64,000 nt of DNA from a virus (IMGVR_UViG_3300044716_000090:40813-104812); one strand, 5' to 3'. Positions 40,151 to 49,661 are shown, numbered from the stretch's first letter. The notes: generated by a model from the sequence alone, not told the origin. A program made the numbers and translations.

Positions 40151-40336
40151 TATTATATGTATGGGTGGGCAATTATTGCATTAGGGTTGGGGATATTACG
40201 AGATAACTCATTGATTTACAATATATTCTGTGTGAATATATGAGTTGCTGTGTAACCTCTCATGGATAAATACACCTTTTTTGATAACAGCTACATGTAA
40301 AACATAATACAATACATATAGCATTAAATAACAATT

Positions 40337-40531
40337 ATGCCACAATTAGCAATTAGAACAGATGATGATCATGAACTATGGGTAGATAGAGATATTATTC
40401 ATATACCTAGACTAGGAGATAATATACATCTTCCTTATGCTGGTTATAAGATATATAGAGTGATAGAAGTTACTTGGCTATATGGTGAGAGTAACAATTA
40501 TTCTATTATGGTTATAGTCAAGACATTATAA
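40337..40531 (+). CDS. Hypothetical small protein (64 aa)
   Basis: ORF in track. Confidence 0.4.
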   Translation: MPQLAIRTDDDHELWVDRDIIHIPRLGDNIHLPYAGYKIYRVIEVTWLYGESNNYSIMVIVKTL

Positions 40532-40742
40532 TGTACCATTTCAGCTTCCCAAGGGCTGACAGATGTAATCAGTGGGAGTCATGACCCAACCATCTACCTC
40601 ATTAGGGTTTAATAAACCTAGGTCTATAAGAAGGATGTATTACATTTGAGTACAGAGGGATATTTGTTGCACATGGAATACATTAGAATATATATGCTGA
40701 GGCAACATTAGGCTATATATTCGCTTTATAAACACATATAAC

Positions 40743-40940
40743 ATGAGAAAGATTACATTATTCCTTCTTATAACCACTATTGTTGGTTGCACCATTAGTT
40801 CTCGTCCTTCTACTAATGGATATCAGATGACAGTTGATGCTGATTCTATTTACATCTTTGATGGAGATAGATATGTTGGTTCATTAGCTTGTTCAGCTGT
40901 TCCTGCATTAGATAGTCTTATTATAGAGGACAATAGATAA
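40743..40940 (+). CDS. Small lipoprotein (65 aa)
   Basis: MRKITLFLLITTIVGC-T is a signal peptide with a lipobox (IVGC). Confidence 0.6.
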   Translation: MRKITLFLLITTIVGCTISSRPSTNGYQMTVDADSIYIFDGDRYVGSLACSAVPALDSLIIEDNR

Positions 40941-40973
40941 TAACACACATTACTAACCATTTAAACACATTCA

Positions 40974-41105
40974 CATGAAGATTTTATTTAAAGGCTTTAT
41001 ATTTGTAATAGCATTAACATCATTATTCACCGCTTGCAGTGGTCCAAACAAGTTAAAATGTCCTAGTGACACATCTTGGGAGACATCACGAAAGCACAAC
41101 CTTAG
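40974..41105 (+). CDS. Second small lipoprotein (43 aa), not in the ORF track
   Basis: Hand translation gives MKILFKGFIFVIALTSLFTAC-SGPNKLKCPSDTSWETSRKHNP. Signal peptide plus lipobox (FTAC). Confidence 0.5.
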
Positions 41106-41112
41106 ATAAATT

Positions 41113-41652
41113 ATGTTTATAGATTGCAAGCTCGTACTTAAATCATATGTACCTGAGAAATTAGAGAAGGGCATGTGGTTCGTAAGAGTTAAAACAGAAG
41201 TGATATATGGAGATAAAACAGAATATCTCTCCGTACATGAACTAGCATTAGTTCCTAGGGATATGGAAACATATCTCACATACAATGGCTATCCTGTTAA
41301 GCCATATTTAGTATATCCAATGATTAATCCTGATGATACAGAGGTTATTGCAGCCTATCCAGAGGAAATAGGTTGGTGGGATGAAGGTGATCATGTGGAT
41401 GAATTGAGGGATATAACAGTGAAAGATATCAACAATATATTGGAATGGGACAATTCAATGGTACAAATAGAGGTGCTTGATGATGAGGAAGATGAAGATG
41501 GTACACCAATTCCAGTGTTATACAATGATAAGGTGACTCTCAGAGATGTACATACAATAGATCATGATGATGATGAAGATTGGGATGATGAAGACTATTT
41601 AGATGATGGAGATGATGATGTATGGGATCCTGAGGACCACAATACAGAATAA
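41113..41652 (+). CDS. Strongly acidic protein (179 aa); DNA-mimic/anti-restriction candidate
   Basis: C-terminal half is EVLDDEEDEDG ... DHDDDEDWDDEDYLDDGDDDVWDPEDH. Confidence 0.6.
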   Translation: MFIDCKLVLKSYVPEKLEKGMWFVRVKTEVIYGDKTEYLSVHELALVPRDMETYLTYNGYPVKPYLVYPMINPDDTEVIAAYPEEIGWWDEGDHVDELRDITVKDINNILEWDNSMVQIEVLDDEEDEDGTPIPVLYNDKVTLRDVHTIDHDDDEDWDDEDYLDDGDDDVWDPEDHNTE

Positions 41653-41677
41653 TATTTATTAACCAACACACACAAAC

Positions 41678-41851
41678 ATGCAAGAATTACTAAACTTATT
41701 ATCACAGGTGGTTAAAAACCAAGAACAGCCACCTAAGATTGAAATCAAATTTAAAACAGTGGAACCAGACACCAGACCACAATTTGAAGAATGGTGTCAG
41801 GAATACAATGTTGGAATGCTTTGGGATCGCTCTGCGGTCCATCTTGGTTAG
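41678..41851 (+). CDS. Small ORF (57 aa), not in track
   Basis: Hand translation gives MQELLNLLSQVVKNQEQPPKIEIKFKTVEPDTRPQFEEWCQEYNVGMLWDRSAVHLG. Fills a gap. Confidence 0.35.
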   Translation: MQELLNLLSQVVKNQEQPPKIEIKFKTVEPDTRPQFEEWCQEYNVGMLWDRSAVHLG

Positions 41852-41930
41852 TGTTATGTGGTGGATAAGAGAGCTCTCAATTAAGTTTGGGAGCTCTTTT
41901 TATTTGTACATTAATTAAATTCAAATCAAA

Positions 41931-42467
41931 ATGACAAAAGTAACATACACAGATGCAGCTAAGAAACATGCTGTAAGAGAGTTCTTATTCTCATATTTTA
42001 AGTTCAATGCTATTGTAGGGCTAGCAGGTCCTAATATCAATGAATACATACAATGGTGTAAATCAAAGGGTTATAAAGATATAGAAGTGTGGGAGAATAC
42101 ACCTGATGTACTAATGAATCAGCTATTAACCTTACAACATCCAATTAAGATGAAGTTTGGTAATATATTAGATGCTGAAGATGCTAAACCTAATACAGTT
42201 TATGACCTTGATTATTGTTCCACTGTATATACATTGGAAGACCATATAACCAAGTTCAAGAACAATTTTATTATGACATTCTCATTGAGAGCTGGTATTC
42301 AGTTCACTATCAAGGAGTTCTTTAAGACCAGAAAAGAGAAAATAATAAAATCTATTGTTAAAAACAGTCCAATTAACCACACAATATTTACTACAAATCA
42401 AGGTAAATATATTTTTACACCTTATTGTGATACATCAGCGATGTGTTGCATAGCTAAAATCAAATAA
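41931..42467 (+). CDS. Hypothetical protein (178 aa)
   Basis: ORF in track. Faint motif-I-like IVGLAGPN, but see rejected list. Confidence 0.55.
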   Translation: MTKVTYTDAAKKHAVREFLFSYFKFNAIVGLAGPNINEYIQWCKSKGYKDIEVWENTPDVLMNQLLTLQHPIKMKFGNILDAEDAKPNTVYDLDYCSTVYTLEDHITKFKNNFIMTFSLRAGIQFTIKEFFKTRKEKIIKSIVKNSPINHTIFTTNQGKYIFTPYCDTSAMCCIAKIK

Positions 42468-42468
42468 C

Positions 42469-42780
42469 ATGGCAAAGAGAACAATTATCTTCTGGACTAC
42501 ACCAGAATTGCAAAAAGCAAAGAAATTCTTAACAAAGAATAATAACAACGTAGCTGCAACAGCTAGGGAGTTATCAAGGGTTATAAATAGAACTGAACAG
42601 AGTATTGCATTTAAATTACATGAGATTAAGAATGTAGCTAATCCTGTAGCTATTAGAAAGGAAAGAGTAACAGGAGTTGTTAAGACAAAGAATGCATTAC
42701 AACTTCCAAAAGGCTTTTCATTTGATTTTACTCCAAAGAGAGCTGAAATGCTTAAAGATCATGTAAGACTTTATTTCTAG
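42469..42780 (+). CDS. Putative helix-turn-helix regulator (103 aa)
   Basis: VAATARELSRVINRTEQSIAFKLHEI is an HTH-like segment. Basic protein. Confidence 0.45.
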   Translation: MAKRTIIFWTTPELQKAKKFLTKNNNNVAATARELSRVINRTEQSIAFKLHEIKNVANPVAIRKERVTGVVKTKNALQLPKGFSFDFTPKRAEMLKDHVRLYF

Positions 42781-42800
42781 TCACCAAAAAATCCACACAT

Positions 42801-43004
42801 ATGCCAAACGCTACATTAGTCTATTCATCAAGACTACATCCAAGAAATCACATTACAGTGTATTATGCCAATAGTACAAACTGGAATGCTACAAAGCTTA
42901 TTGATGCTATTATAGCTGCATCAAAACAACGTAGAGTTGTTCCTAAGAATAATACATTTGTATTTATGGGTAAGGTTGTACGCAAAAAAAATGTTGGGCA
43001 GTAA
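42801..43004 (+). CDS. Hypothetical small protein (67 aa)
   Basis: ORF in track. Followed by a strong hairpin. Confidence 0.45.
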   Translation: MPNATLVYSSRLHPRNHITVYYANSTNWNATKLIDAIIAASKQRRVVPKNNTFVFMGKVVRKKNVGQ

Positions 43005-43015
43005 GTAAAACAATG

Positions 43016-43055
43016 AGCCCTGTGTACTATCTTTGTACATGGGGCTTATTTTTAA
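43016..43055 (+). terminator. Rho-independent terminator
   Basis: AGCCCTGTGTAC-TATCTTT-GTACATGGGGCT is a 12-bp stem with two G-U pairs, followed by TATTTTTAA. Confidence 0.6.
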
Positions 43056-43071
43056 CATTAAATAAACTAAT

Positions 43072-43383
43072 ATGAGCGTAGAATGCGTATGTATCAATGA
43101 TGGTGGTAGACCAAAAGAAATACCAGCAAACAAATGGGTTAAGAAGGGTAACACATACACAGTGATATTTACTGTCACTGTATTACCACAGAAGGAATTA
43201 GGTGTACAGCTAGCTGAAATAGAGCTAACAGACAGAGAATTACCATATGAATACTTCTTAGCCAATAGATTTGCATTTACAGAGGAAGCATTAAAGAAAC
43301 TAATTGAATTAATTAAAGACTGTTCTGATATAACGTTCTCAATGGATGAGCTCTTGAAACAAACAGAGCTTGTTGAAGCATAA
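43072..43383 (+). CDS. Hypothetical protein (103 aa)
   Basis: ORF in track. Confidence 0.5.
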   Translation: MSVECVCINDGGRPKEIPANKWVKKGNTYTVIFTVTVLPQKELGVQLAEIELTDRELPYEYFLANRFAFTEEALKKLIELIKDCSDITFSMDELLKQTELVEA

Positions 43384-43394
43384 ACAAATAACCT

Positions 43395-43631
43395 ATGAAA
43401 CTATATACAGAAGAACAAGTAAGATTATTACTTGATTTGTCTAAATTAAAAGTTAATGGTGAAATGTATTCTAAAGATGTTTTATTAGAACAAGTAGCAC
43501 CAATAGAACTACCAAGTGATGAGGATATAAGTATACAAGCAAGTAATAGACATTATGGAACTAATTTTAAACATGTATTTGCATCAGGTGCTAAATGGAT
43601 GAAAGAACAAATACTTAACCAAAACAAATAA
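43395..43631 (+). CDS. Small early protein (78 aa), C-terminus NQNK
   Basis: ORF in track, preceded by AAACAAATAACCTATG. Confidence 0.5.
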   Translation: MKLYTEEQVRLLLDLSKLKVNGEMYSKDVLLEQVAPIELPSDEDISIQASNRHYGTNFKHVFASGAKWMKEQILNQNK

Positions 43632-43634
43632 CCT

Positions 43635-43844
43635 ATGCAAACAGTATTACAAGAATTGATTAGTGAATTAAAAAGCATTGAATCATATGACTCTATTGTG
43701 CAGGGTATAATAAAAAGAGCAGAATCTAAACTTGAAAAAGAAAAACAGCAGATAATAGATGCTTGTTGGTATGGACATGATATAAAACATGAATATTTTA
43801 ATCCAATACATTACATTGATAAAACATACCCTCAAAACAAATAA
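43635..43844 (+). CDS. Small early protein (69 aa), C-terminus PQNK
   Basis: ORF in track, preceded by the same junction motif. Confidence 0.5.
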   Translation: MQTVLQELISELKSIESYDSIVQGIIKRAESKLEKEKQQIIDACWYGHDIKHEYFNPIHYIDKTYPQNK

Positions 43845-43846
43845 CC

Positions 43847-44035
43847 ATGGAAGGTAAAATACTAATAAACGTTACAGACACCAAGGTGACCCTTGATGTT
43901 GAAGGAGAAAACACAGCATTAATAGCAGGCTTAGCTTCTGTATTACTATCTGAAGAGGGTGGTGAGTTTAGAGACCTACTCATATCAGCATTTGAATTAG
44001 CAGACAGTGAAGTTGAGAAAATAAAAAAACAATAG
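43847..44035 (+). CDS. Small early protein (62 aa)
   Basis: ORF in track, same junction motif. Confidence 0.5.
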   Translation: MEGKILINVTDTKVTLDVEGENTALIAGLASVLLSEEGGEFRDLLISAFELADSEVEKIKKQ

Positions 44036-44037
44036 CC

Positions 44038-44226
44038 ATGGATCCACTATATGACTATCTGTTCCATTTTAATCATTACCAAGGATTATGGAATGCAATA
44101 CCAAGAGCAAAATATTTAGACTATTGGACTAATGATAATATAGAAGGTGTATTAAAAGCAAAAGAAATACATGTTCTAATTGATTTGATTAGTCGTGGTC
44201 AAGAGTTTATTGACACTATTAACTAA
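44038..44226 (+). CDS. Small early protein (62 aa)
   Basis: ORF in track. Confidence 0.45.
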   Translation: MDPLYDYLFHFNHYQGLWNAIPRAKYLDYWTNDNIEGVLKAKEIHVLIDLISRGQEFIDTIN

Positions 44227-44233
44227 TTTAGTT

Positions 44234-44440
44234 ATGACAGTTATAGGTAAAATAATTAAGCAACGATCCATAATGAATCAAAATGATTTCGATACATGGA
44301 TATTAGAGAACTTAGATATATTATTTGAAGAAGAGAAACAAATGTTAACAGATGCTATGATGTACGCTTTTGATGAAGATGGACACACAGGCACATGGAA
44401 ACATGATGTAATTAATAAATATTATAATAAAATTAAATAA
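44234..44440 (+). CDS. Small early protein (about 68 aa; internal Met start of the 44195 ORF preferred)
   Basis: Track ORF 44195..44440 overlaps the previous gene by 30 nt. ATG at 44234 avoids the overlap. Confidence 0.4.
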   Translation: MTVIGKIIKQRSIMNQNDFDTWILENLDILFEEEKQMLTDAMMYAFDEDGHTGTWKHDVINKYYNKIK

Positions 44441-44441
44441 G

Positions 44442-44651
44442 ATGCCTCCAAAAAAAGCTAAAGCTAAAGAAAAACAATATGTTTTAATGTATGATAATAC
44501 AGAAGCATGGGTAGTAGGTACAAAAAAGGATATTATTGATGATTTCAATGAAAATCCTGATGTATATTTAGATGCTAAACATAAGATTAAAATTTATGAG
44601 TTAGGTGAACCTATACCATTCAGTTTTATTACACCACAAATAAGCTTTTAA
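44442..44651 (+). CDS. Small protein (69 aa)
   Basis: ORF in track. Confidence 0.45.
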   Translation: MPPKKAKAKEKQYVLMYDNTEAWVVGTKKDIIDDFNENPDVYLDAKHKIKIYELGEPIPFSFITPQISF

Positions 44652-44653
44652 TT

Positions 44654-46606
44654 ATGAAGATACTCATCTATGACATAGAAACCATGCAGGAGCTGTTTCT
44701 AATAGGTATATACAATCCTGATACACAGCAGTGGTATGAATTTCAGGTGAGTAGAAACATTAACCAATTAGATGCATTCCAAAGGTTTACAGAGGAACAT
44801 GCTGATTACTATTGGGTTGGGTATAACAATCTACGCTTCGATAGTCAGGTGGTTGAGTGGGTGTTACGTAATCATAATGATTGGTATGATCTAAGTGCAT
44901 TAGAAGTGTGTGCTAAAATAGCACAGAAAGCTGCTGATGTGATACATGATGCTAATTATGATGTATTTCCTGAGTATAGGGAAGAATGGCTCACCCTCAA
45001 ACAAATAGACCTATTCAGAGTGAATCACTATGACAATAAGAATCGTAGGGTTAGCTTGAAGAGGTTAGAGTTTGAGATGGATCTTCCAAACATTGAAGAG
45101 ATGCCTATTCATCATACTAAAACTGATATGACAGATGAGGAGATACAGCTCACTATTGACTATTGTCGTAATGATATATATGCCACATATGAATTCTATT
45201 TAGTAACCATTGGTCAAACAGACCATCCTTTGTACAAGGGTAATAACCAAATAGAGCTCAGACAGGATATATACAACGAGTTTGGTATTCCTTGCTTAAA
45301 CTATTCTGACAGTAAGATAGGTGATGAGATGATTAAGAAGTATTACTGTCAAGAGAAGGGTATGTCTTACAGTGATTTACCAAAGAAGGGATATTTCAGA
45401 AAGCAAGTGAGAGCCAAAGATTGCATTGCTCACTATGTGGATTTCCAGACACCAGAGCTAAAAGACTTCCTGAAGCATGTAAAGAAGCAGATATTCACAC
45501 TCACTGATGAATTTAAAGAGTCATTAGAGTTTTATGGCAACACTTACACATTTGCAAAAGGTGGGCTACACACAGAAAACAAGCCCAAGATATTTGAGGC
45601 TGATGAAGATAACATCATAGTTGACTGGGATGTTAGTTCATACTATCCAGCTATCATCATTAACAATGGTAAATATCCACAGCATTTGGGTAAAGAGTTT
45701 CTTAGAGGATACAAACAGATGTTTGATAAACGATTGGAACTCAAACCATTAGCTAAAAAGGATAAGAAGATTAAAGGTATTGTTGGTGCATTGAAGCTTG
45801 CAGTTAACTCTGTGTATGGTAAGAGTTCTGATATGCAGTCGTGGATCTATGATAGACAACTAACTATGTTTACCACTATTACGGGTGAGCTGAGCTTACT
45901 TATGCTTATTGAGGCATATGAATTAGCTGGCATACGTGTAATATCTGCTAATACAGATGGAGTGACAATACTTGTAAAAAATACAAGTTTTGATACTATG
46001 ACTGCTATTAATAAGTGGTGGATGGATGTTACACAATATGAGCTAGAACGCACTGATTATCAAAAGATTATATTCTCAACAGTAAATGACTATTTAGCAA
46101 TTAAAACCGATGGAGAAATTAAGAAGAAGGGTGACTTCCTCACTGATTTTGAGTTACACAAGAATAAGTCAGCTAGGATTGTACCTATTGCTCTCGAGCA
46201 TTATTTTGTTAATGGTGTCCCTGTGGCTGATACCATTCATAATTGTACAAACATATATGACTTTTGTCTCAGGCAGAAAGCAAGCAAGGACTTCCATTAT
46301 GAAGGAGTAAGCAATGGTAAGAAAACAGTGTACAATAAGCTAATCAGGTATTATGTGTCTAATAAGGGTGAGAAGCTGTTAAAGGTTAAGAACCCTGAAT
46401 GTCAATCTAATGCTGCAGATGTATCTCAAGTGGAAGCAGGTGATTGGGTGATGCATGTATGTAATCATCTACCACCAGACCATCCTCTGGATAACATCAA
46501 TTATGCTTATTACATAGAACGTGCTGAACGTATTATCAGCAAAATACAGTTAGAAGGTAAAAAGAGAAAGATAACAATCAATCCTAATCAATTAAGTTTA
46601 TTCTAA
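44654..46606 (+). CDS. Family-B DNA polymerase with 3'-5' exonuclease (650 aa)
   Basis: Exo I is YDIET. Exo II is YNNLRFDSQV. Exo III is YCRNDIYATYEFY. Motif A is DVSSYYPAII. Motif B is KLAVNSVYGKSS. Motif C region is ISANTDGVTILV. Confidence 0.85.
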   Translation: MKILIYDIETMQELFLIGIYNPDTQQWYEFQVSRNINQLDAFQRFTEEHADYYWVGYNNLRFDSQVVEWVLRNHNDWYDLSALEVCAKIAQKAADVIHDANYDVFPEYREEWLTLKQIDLFRVNHYDNKNRRVSLKRLEFEMDLPNIEEMPIHHTKTDMTDEEIQLTIDYCRNDIYATYEFYLVTIGQTDHPLYKGNNQIELRQDIYNEFGIPCLNYSDSKIGDEMIKKYYCQEKGMSYSDLPKKGYFRKQVRAKDCIAHYVDFQTPELKDFLKHVKKQIFTLTDEFKESLEFYGNTYTFAKGGLHTENKPKIFEADEDNIIVDWDVSSYYPAIIINNGKYPQHLGKEFLRGYKQMFDKRLELKPLAKKDKKIKGIVGALKLAVNSVYGKSSDMQSWIYDRQLTMFTTITGELSLLMLIEAYELAGIRVISANTDGVTILVKNTSFDTMTAINKWWMDVTQYELERTDYQKIIFSTVNDYLAIKTDGEIKKKGDFLTDFELHKNKSARIVPIALEHYFVNGVPVADTIHNCTNIYDFCLRQKASKDFHYEGVSNGKKTVYNKLIRYYVSNKGEKLLKVKNPECQSNAADVSQVEAGDWVMHVCNHLPPDHPLDNINYAYYIERAERIISKIQLEGKKRKITINPNQLSLF

Positions 46607-46782
46607 TGGGAAAATCACAATTTAAAATTGCAGCAGACCTAGTAGTAGAAGATTGTAAAGAGAATGGATACATATATCCTACAGCATCAGATTACTATTG
46701 GGCTTATAAGAAGTTCTTTGAAGCTGCAGAAGTGAACTTTGATATAGATAAGTTCAATGATTACATAATAAAAAGAATGTAA
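46606..46782 (+). CDS. Small ORF (58 aa), not in track
   Basis: Hand translation gives MGKSQFKIAADLVVEDCKENGYIYPTASDYYWAYKKFFEAAEVNFDIDKFNDYIIKRM. Fills the gap and shows TAATG-type overlap coupling. Confidence 0.35.
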   Translation: MGKSQFKIAADLVVEDCKENGYIYPTASDYYWAYKKFFEAAEVNFDIDKFNDYIIKRM

Positions 46783-47033
46783 TGAAAGTTAATAGAGAAA
46801 ACATAGCTGACCACTTGATAGACTACCAATTAGGAATGATTGGTAAGTCTACTCAAGAGGCATATATGACAAAAGAATGGTACAATAAGTGGACCATGAC
46901 ACAAGAGCAACACGATCAGTTCAAAGCTTACGCTATCCCTCTTATTAAGAAGGTATTTAAATGCAGAAAAGCAAGAGCTGAAGATACATTCAATTGGTTT
47001 GATTTACAATTTGGATTACGTATTAAAAATTAA
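46782..47033 (+). CDS. Hypothetical (83 aa)
   Basis: ORF in track. Confidence 0.45.
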   Translation: MKVNRENIADHLIDYQLGMIGKSTQEAYMTKEWYNKWTMTQEQHDQFKAYAIPLIKKVFKCRKARAEDTFNWFDLQFGLRIKN

Positions 47034-47037
47034 AATT

Positions 47038-47592
47038 ATGGGAGCAAGTTGGTTTCAACAAACGGGATATGGTAAAACATTAGATGATGCATACAAAATT
47101 GCTTGTGAAGAAGCAGAAGATGAGTATGGTCATCAAGAAGGATATAATGGTACAATAAGCACCACACATGGTGTTAGAGACATTACAGAGGAGTATAAGA
47201 GAAGTAAACTGGACCTAGAACCATTTGTACGTTCTAAGGTGGAAATGTTAAACAAAAGAGACTGTTGTTCGATTTGCTTACAAGAGCCTGTTGGAAATAC
47301 GAACAAAGTTAAATCTCAAGTTGCTGATATAGTAACAAAAGGTACAAAGAAATGGGTTTTAAAATATACAGTATCTTTACAAAGAGATGATTCACCTCTT
47401 GGTTCATATGATACAAAAGGTGAAGCTGTTGCCAAAGCTAGAGCATATACAGAAGCAACACAGCAAGCTACTGAAGTTTATATGGAAAAAACACTTGAGA
47501 AAGTTACACCTATTGTAGCTAGAATTACATACAAGAAAGCACCAACAGAAAAACCAGGTAAATGGATGTTCTTTGGTTGGGCTGCAGAATAA
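47038..47592 (+). CDS. Hypothetical protein (about 184 aa; internal Met start)
   Basis: Track ORF 46999..47592. ATG at 47038 (MGASWFQQ) avoids overlap with the previous gene. Confidence 0.5.
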   Translation: MGASWFQQTGYGKTLDDAYKIACEEAEDEYGHQEGYNGTISTTHGVRDITEEYKRSKLDLEPFVRSKVEMLNKRDCCSICLQEPVGNTNKVKSQVADIVTKGTKKWVLKYTVSLQRDDSPLGSYDTKGEAVAKARAYTEATQQATEVYMEKTLEKVTPIVARITYKKAPTEKPGKWMFFGWAAE

Positions 47593-47602
47593 AACTAAAT
47601 AT

Positions 47603-47827
47603 ATGCCAGATATAACAATGTGCAAAGGTGGTCATTGTATGCTAAGACTTAGCTGCCACAGATATACAGCAAAAGCTGATGAATTAGCTCAATCATACTT
47701 TACTGAACCTCCATATAAGGTGAACATGATGTTAGACAATAATGAGAAATCATTAGGTGTCGTAACATTAAGTTGTGCTTATTTTTGGAACAATGTAGAA
47801 GAAAGAGATGAAAAAGCTAAAGATTAA
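47603..47827 (+). CDS. Small Cys/His-containing protein (about 74 aa)
   Basis: Track ORF 47573..47827. ATG at 47603 (MPDITMCKGGHCMLRLSCHRY) follows the previous stop. Confidence 0.45.
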   Translation: MPDITMCKGGHCMLRLSCHRYTAKADELAQSYFTEPPYKVNMMLDNNEKSLGVVTLSCAYFWNNVEERDEKAKD

Positions 47828-48008
47828 AGAAGATTTTGAAAGAGAATTTCTTAAAGATTACGTATATTTGCAAGAGGAGAGCCATGAGCTTGATAAACAA
47901 ATACAAGAGGAGATAAACAAGTTTAGAAAGCCTGCAGCTATATTTATTGTAGATACAGATAAAATCTTAGAAAGAGATGAAGTTAGACATAACGTACTTC
48001 CATTTTGA
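47808..48008 (+). CDS. Small protein (66 aa)
   Basis: ORF in track. Confidence 0.35.
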   Translation: MKKLKIKEDFEREFLKDYVYLQEESHELDKQIQEEINKFRKPAAIFIVDTDKILERDEVRHNVLPF

Positions 48009-48600
48009 GGAACTACTCAAGAAAGGATACAGCCTAGATGTTGTATTCCTATTAAAGCTTATAGAGGAGAATTATGATGTTCGTGCGTTACGAACTGATA
48101 ACATTAAGATAGAAGCTCTTTATCAGACGTTAGTTAGGAAAGGATTGATAACAGAAAAGGGACTAACGCTCACAGGTAAAGAGCTTCTAAAATTTATCAA
48201 CATCAAAGAACCAACTGTCAGAATACAGAAGAAGGTTGACATCACATCAGAGTTTGAAGAGTGGTGGAAAGCTTTTCCAGGTACAGATAACTTTACACAC
48301 AAAGGGAAGAAGTTCTCAGGTGATAGAACGCTTAGAAAGACCAAGGAAGACTGTCAGTTGAAATTTGATAAGATATTAGAGGAAGGAGAATATACAGCAA
48401 AAGACCTGATAGATTCATTGAATCTAGATGTGTTACAAAAGAAAGAGAATTCTGTAAAGACAGGGACTAACAAGCTAACATACATGCAAAACAGTCTCAC
48501 TTATTTAAACCAGCGTTCTTTTGAACCCTTTATAGAGCTCTTAAAAGAAGGCTATACTGTGGAAGATAAAGCACCTACAAATGGAGGTACAGATATATGA
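47977..48600 (+). CDS. Hypothetical protein (207 aa); candidate helicase loader/replication initiator
   Basis: Stop overlaps the start of the DnaB-like helicase gene (ATGA junction). Assigned by position only. Confidence 0.5.
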   Translation: MKLDITYFHFEELLKKGYSLDVVFLLKLIEENYDVRALRTDNIKIEALYQTLVRKGLITEKGLTLTGKELLKFINIKEPTVRIQKKVDITSEFEEWWKAFPGTDNFTHKGKKFSGDRTLRKTKEDCQLKFDKILEEGEYTAKDLIDSLNLDVLQKKENSVKTGTNKLTYMQNSLTYLNQRSFEPFIELLKEGYTVEDKAPTNGGTDI

Positions 48601-49661
48601 GTTTTGAAGACTTAAAAAAACAGGTACAGGCAGGCTTAGAGGGTAGGAATGGTGGTATACCTATGGGTTTTGATAGACTTAATAGATATATTGGTATTAG
48701 AAAGTCCATATATACGCTTATAGGTGGTCTCACTGGTTCTGGTAAGACTAGCTTTATTGATGATGCATATGTGCTTAATCCATTTGATTGGTATATAAGC
48801 AAAGCAAATAAGACAAACATCAAGCTAAGGATTATATATAGATCCATGGAGAGAAGTAGAACTTATAAGATGGCTAAATGGGTAGGTAGAAGAATATTCA
48901 TCGATCATGGTGTAACTATCACAGTTAACAAGTTATTGGGCTGGAATGATAAAATGACCAAGGATGAACATGATCTATTTCTAATGTATGAAGACTATAT
49001 AGGAGAGATGAGCGAAGTGATTACAATCATTGATGGTCCAGAGAATGCTGTAGGTATTGCTAAAGAACTAAAGGCACATGCTTTACAGAATGGAACTATT
49101 GAGCAGTTGGATGAATACAATAAGAAGTATGTTCCCACAAATGAGAATGAAATCACTATGGTTGTTATCGATCATATAGGCTTATTAAAAACTACACAAG
49201 CCCAGCCTACAAAGAAAGATGCTATTGATAAGATGAGTGATGAGCTCAGATATGCTAGAGACTTCTATGGATATAGTCCTGTTGTTGTTAGTCAGTTCAA
49301 TAGGAGCATTTCTAACATGGCAAGATTAAAGAGTGGTGATGTAGAACCACAACTAGAAGACTTTGCAGAGAGTTCAAGCACGCAGAATGATGCTGATGTT
49401 GTACTAGGATTGTTTGACCCAATGAGATATAAAGTGGCTGATCCATCAGGCTATGAATTAGATAAGTTAAAAGATAACTTTGGTGCCAAGTATTTTAGAT
49501 CTCTCAGGCTAATTAAGAATAGCTATGGTGAAGATGATGTTAGAATAGGCTTAGGCTTCTTAGGAAGCATTGGTATGTTCAAAGAACTGCCTAGAGTGAA
49601 GGACATTACAGAGGCGGATTACACAGCAGTGGTGAATAAATCATTTTTCCTAAACAAATAA
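48597..49661 (+). CDS. DnaB-family replicative helicase, RecA-like C-terminal domain type (354 aa)
   Basis: Walker A is GGLTGSGKTSF. Walker B is VVIDHIGLL. H3/arginine-finger region VSQFNRSIS resembles DnaB SQLNRS. Confidence 0.7.
   Translation: MSFEDLKKQVQAGLEGRNGGIPMGFDRLNRYIGIRKSIYTLIGGLTGSGKTSFIDDAYVLNPFDWYISKANKTNIKLRIIYRSMERSRTYKMAKWVGRRIFIDHGVTITVNKLLGWNDKMTKDEHDLFLMYEDYIGEMSEVITIIDGPENAVGIAKELKAHALQNGTIEQLDEYNKKYVPTNENEITMVVIDHIGLLKTTQAQPTKKDAIDKMSDELRYARDFYGYSPVVVSQFNRSISNMARLKSGDVEPQLEDFAESSSTQNDADVVLGLFDPMRYKVADPSGYELDKLKDNFGAKYFRSLRLIKNSYGEDDVRIGLGFLGSIGMFKELPRVKDITEADYTAVVNKSFFLNK

Noticed and set aside
41931-42467. Possible SAM-dependent methyltransferase (IVGLAGPN as motif I, DLDY as motif IV)
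   Set aside because: Motifs are too degenerate to call by eye, so I left the protein as hypothetical. An HHpred search would decide it.
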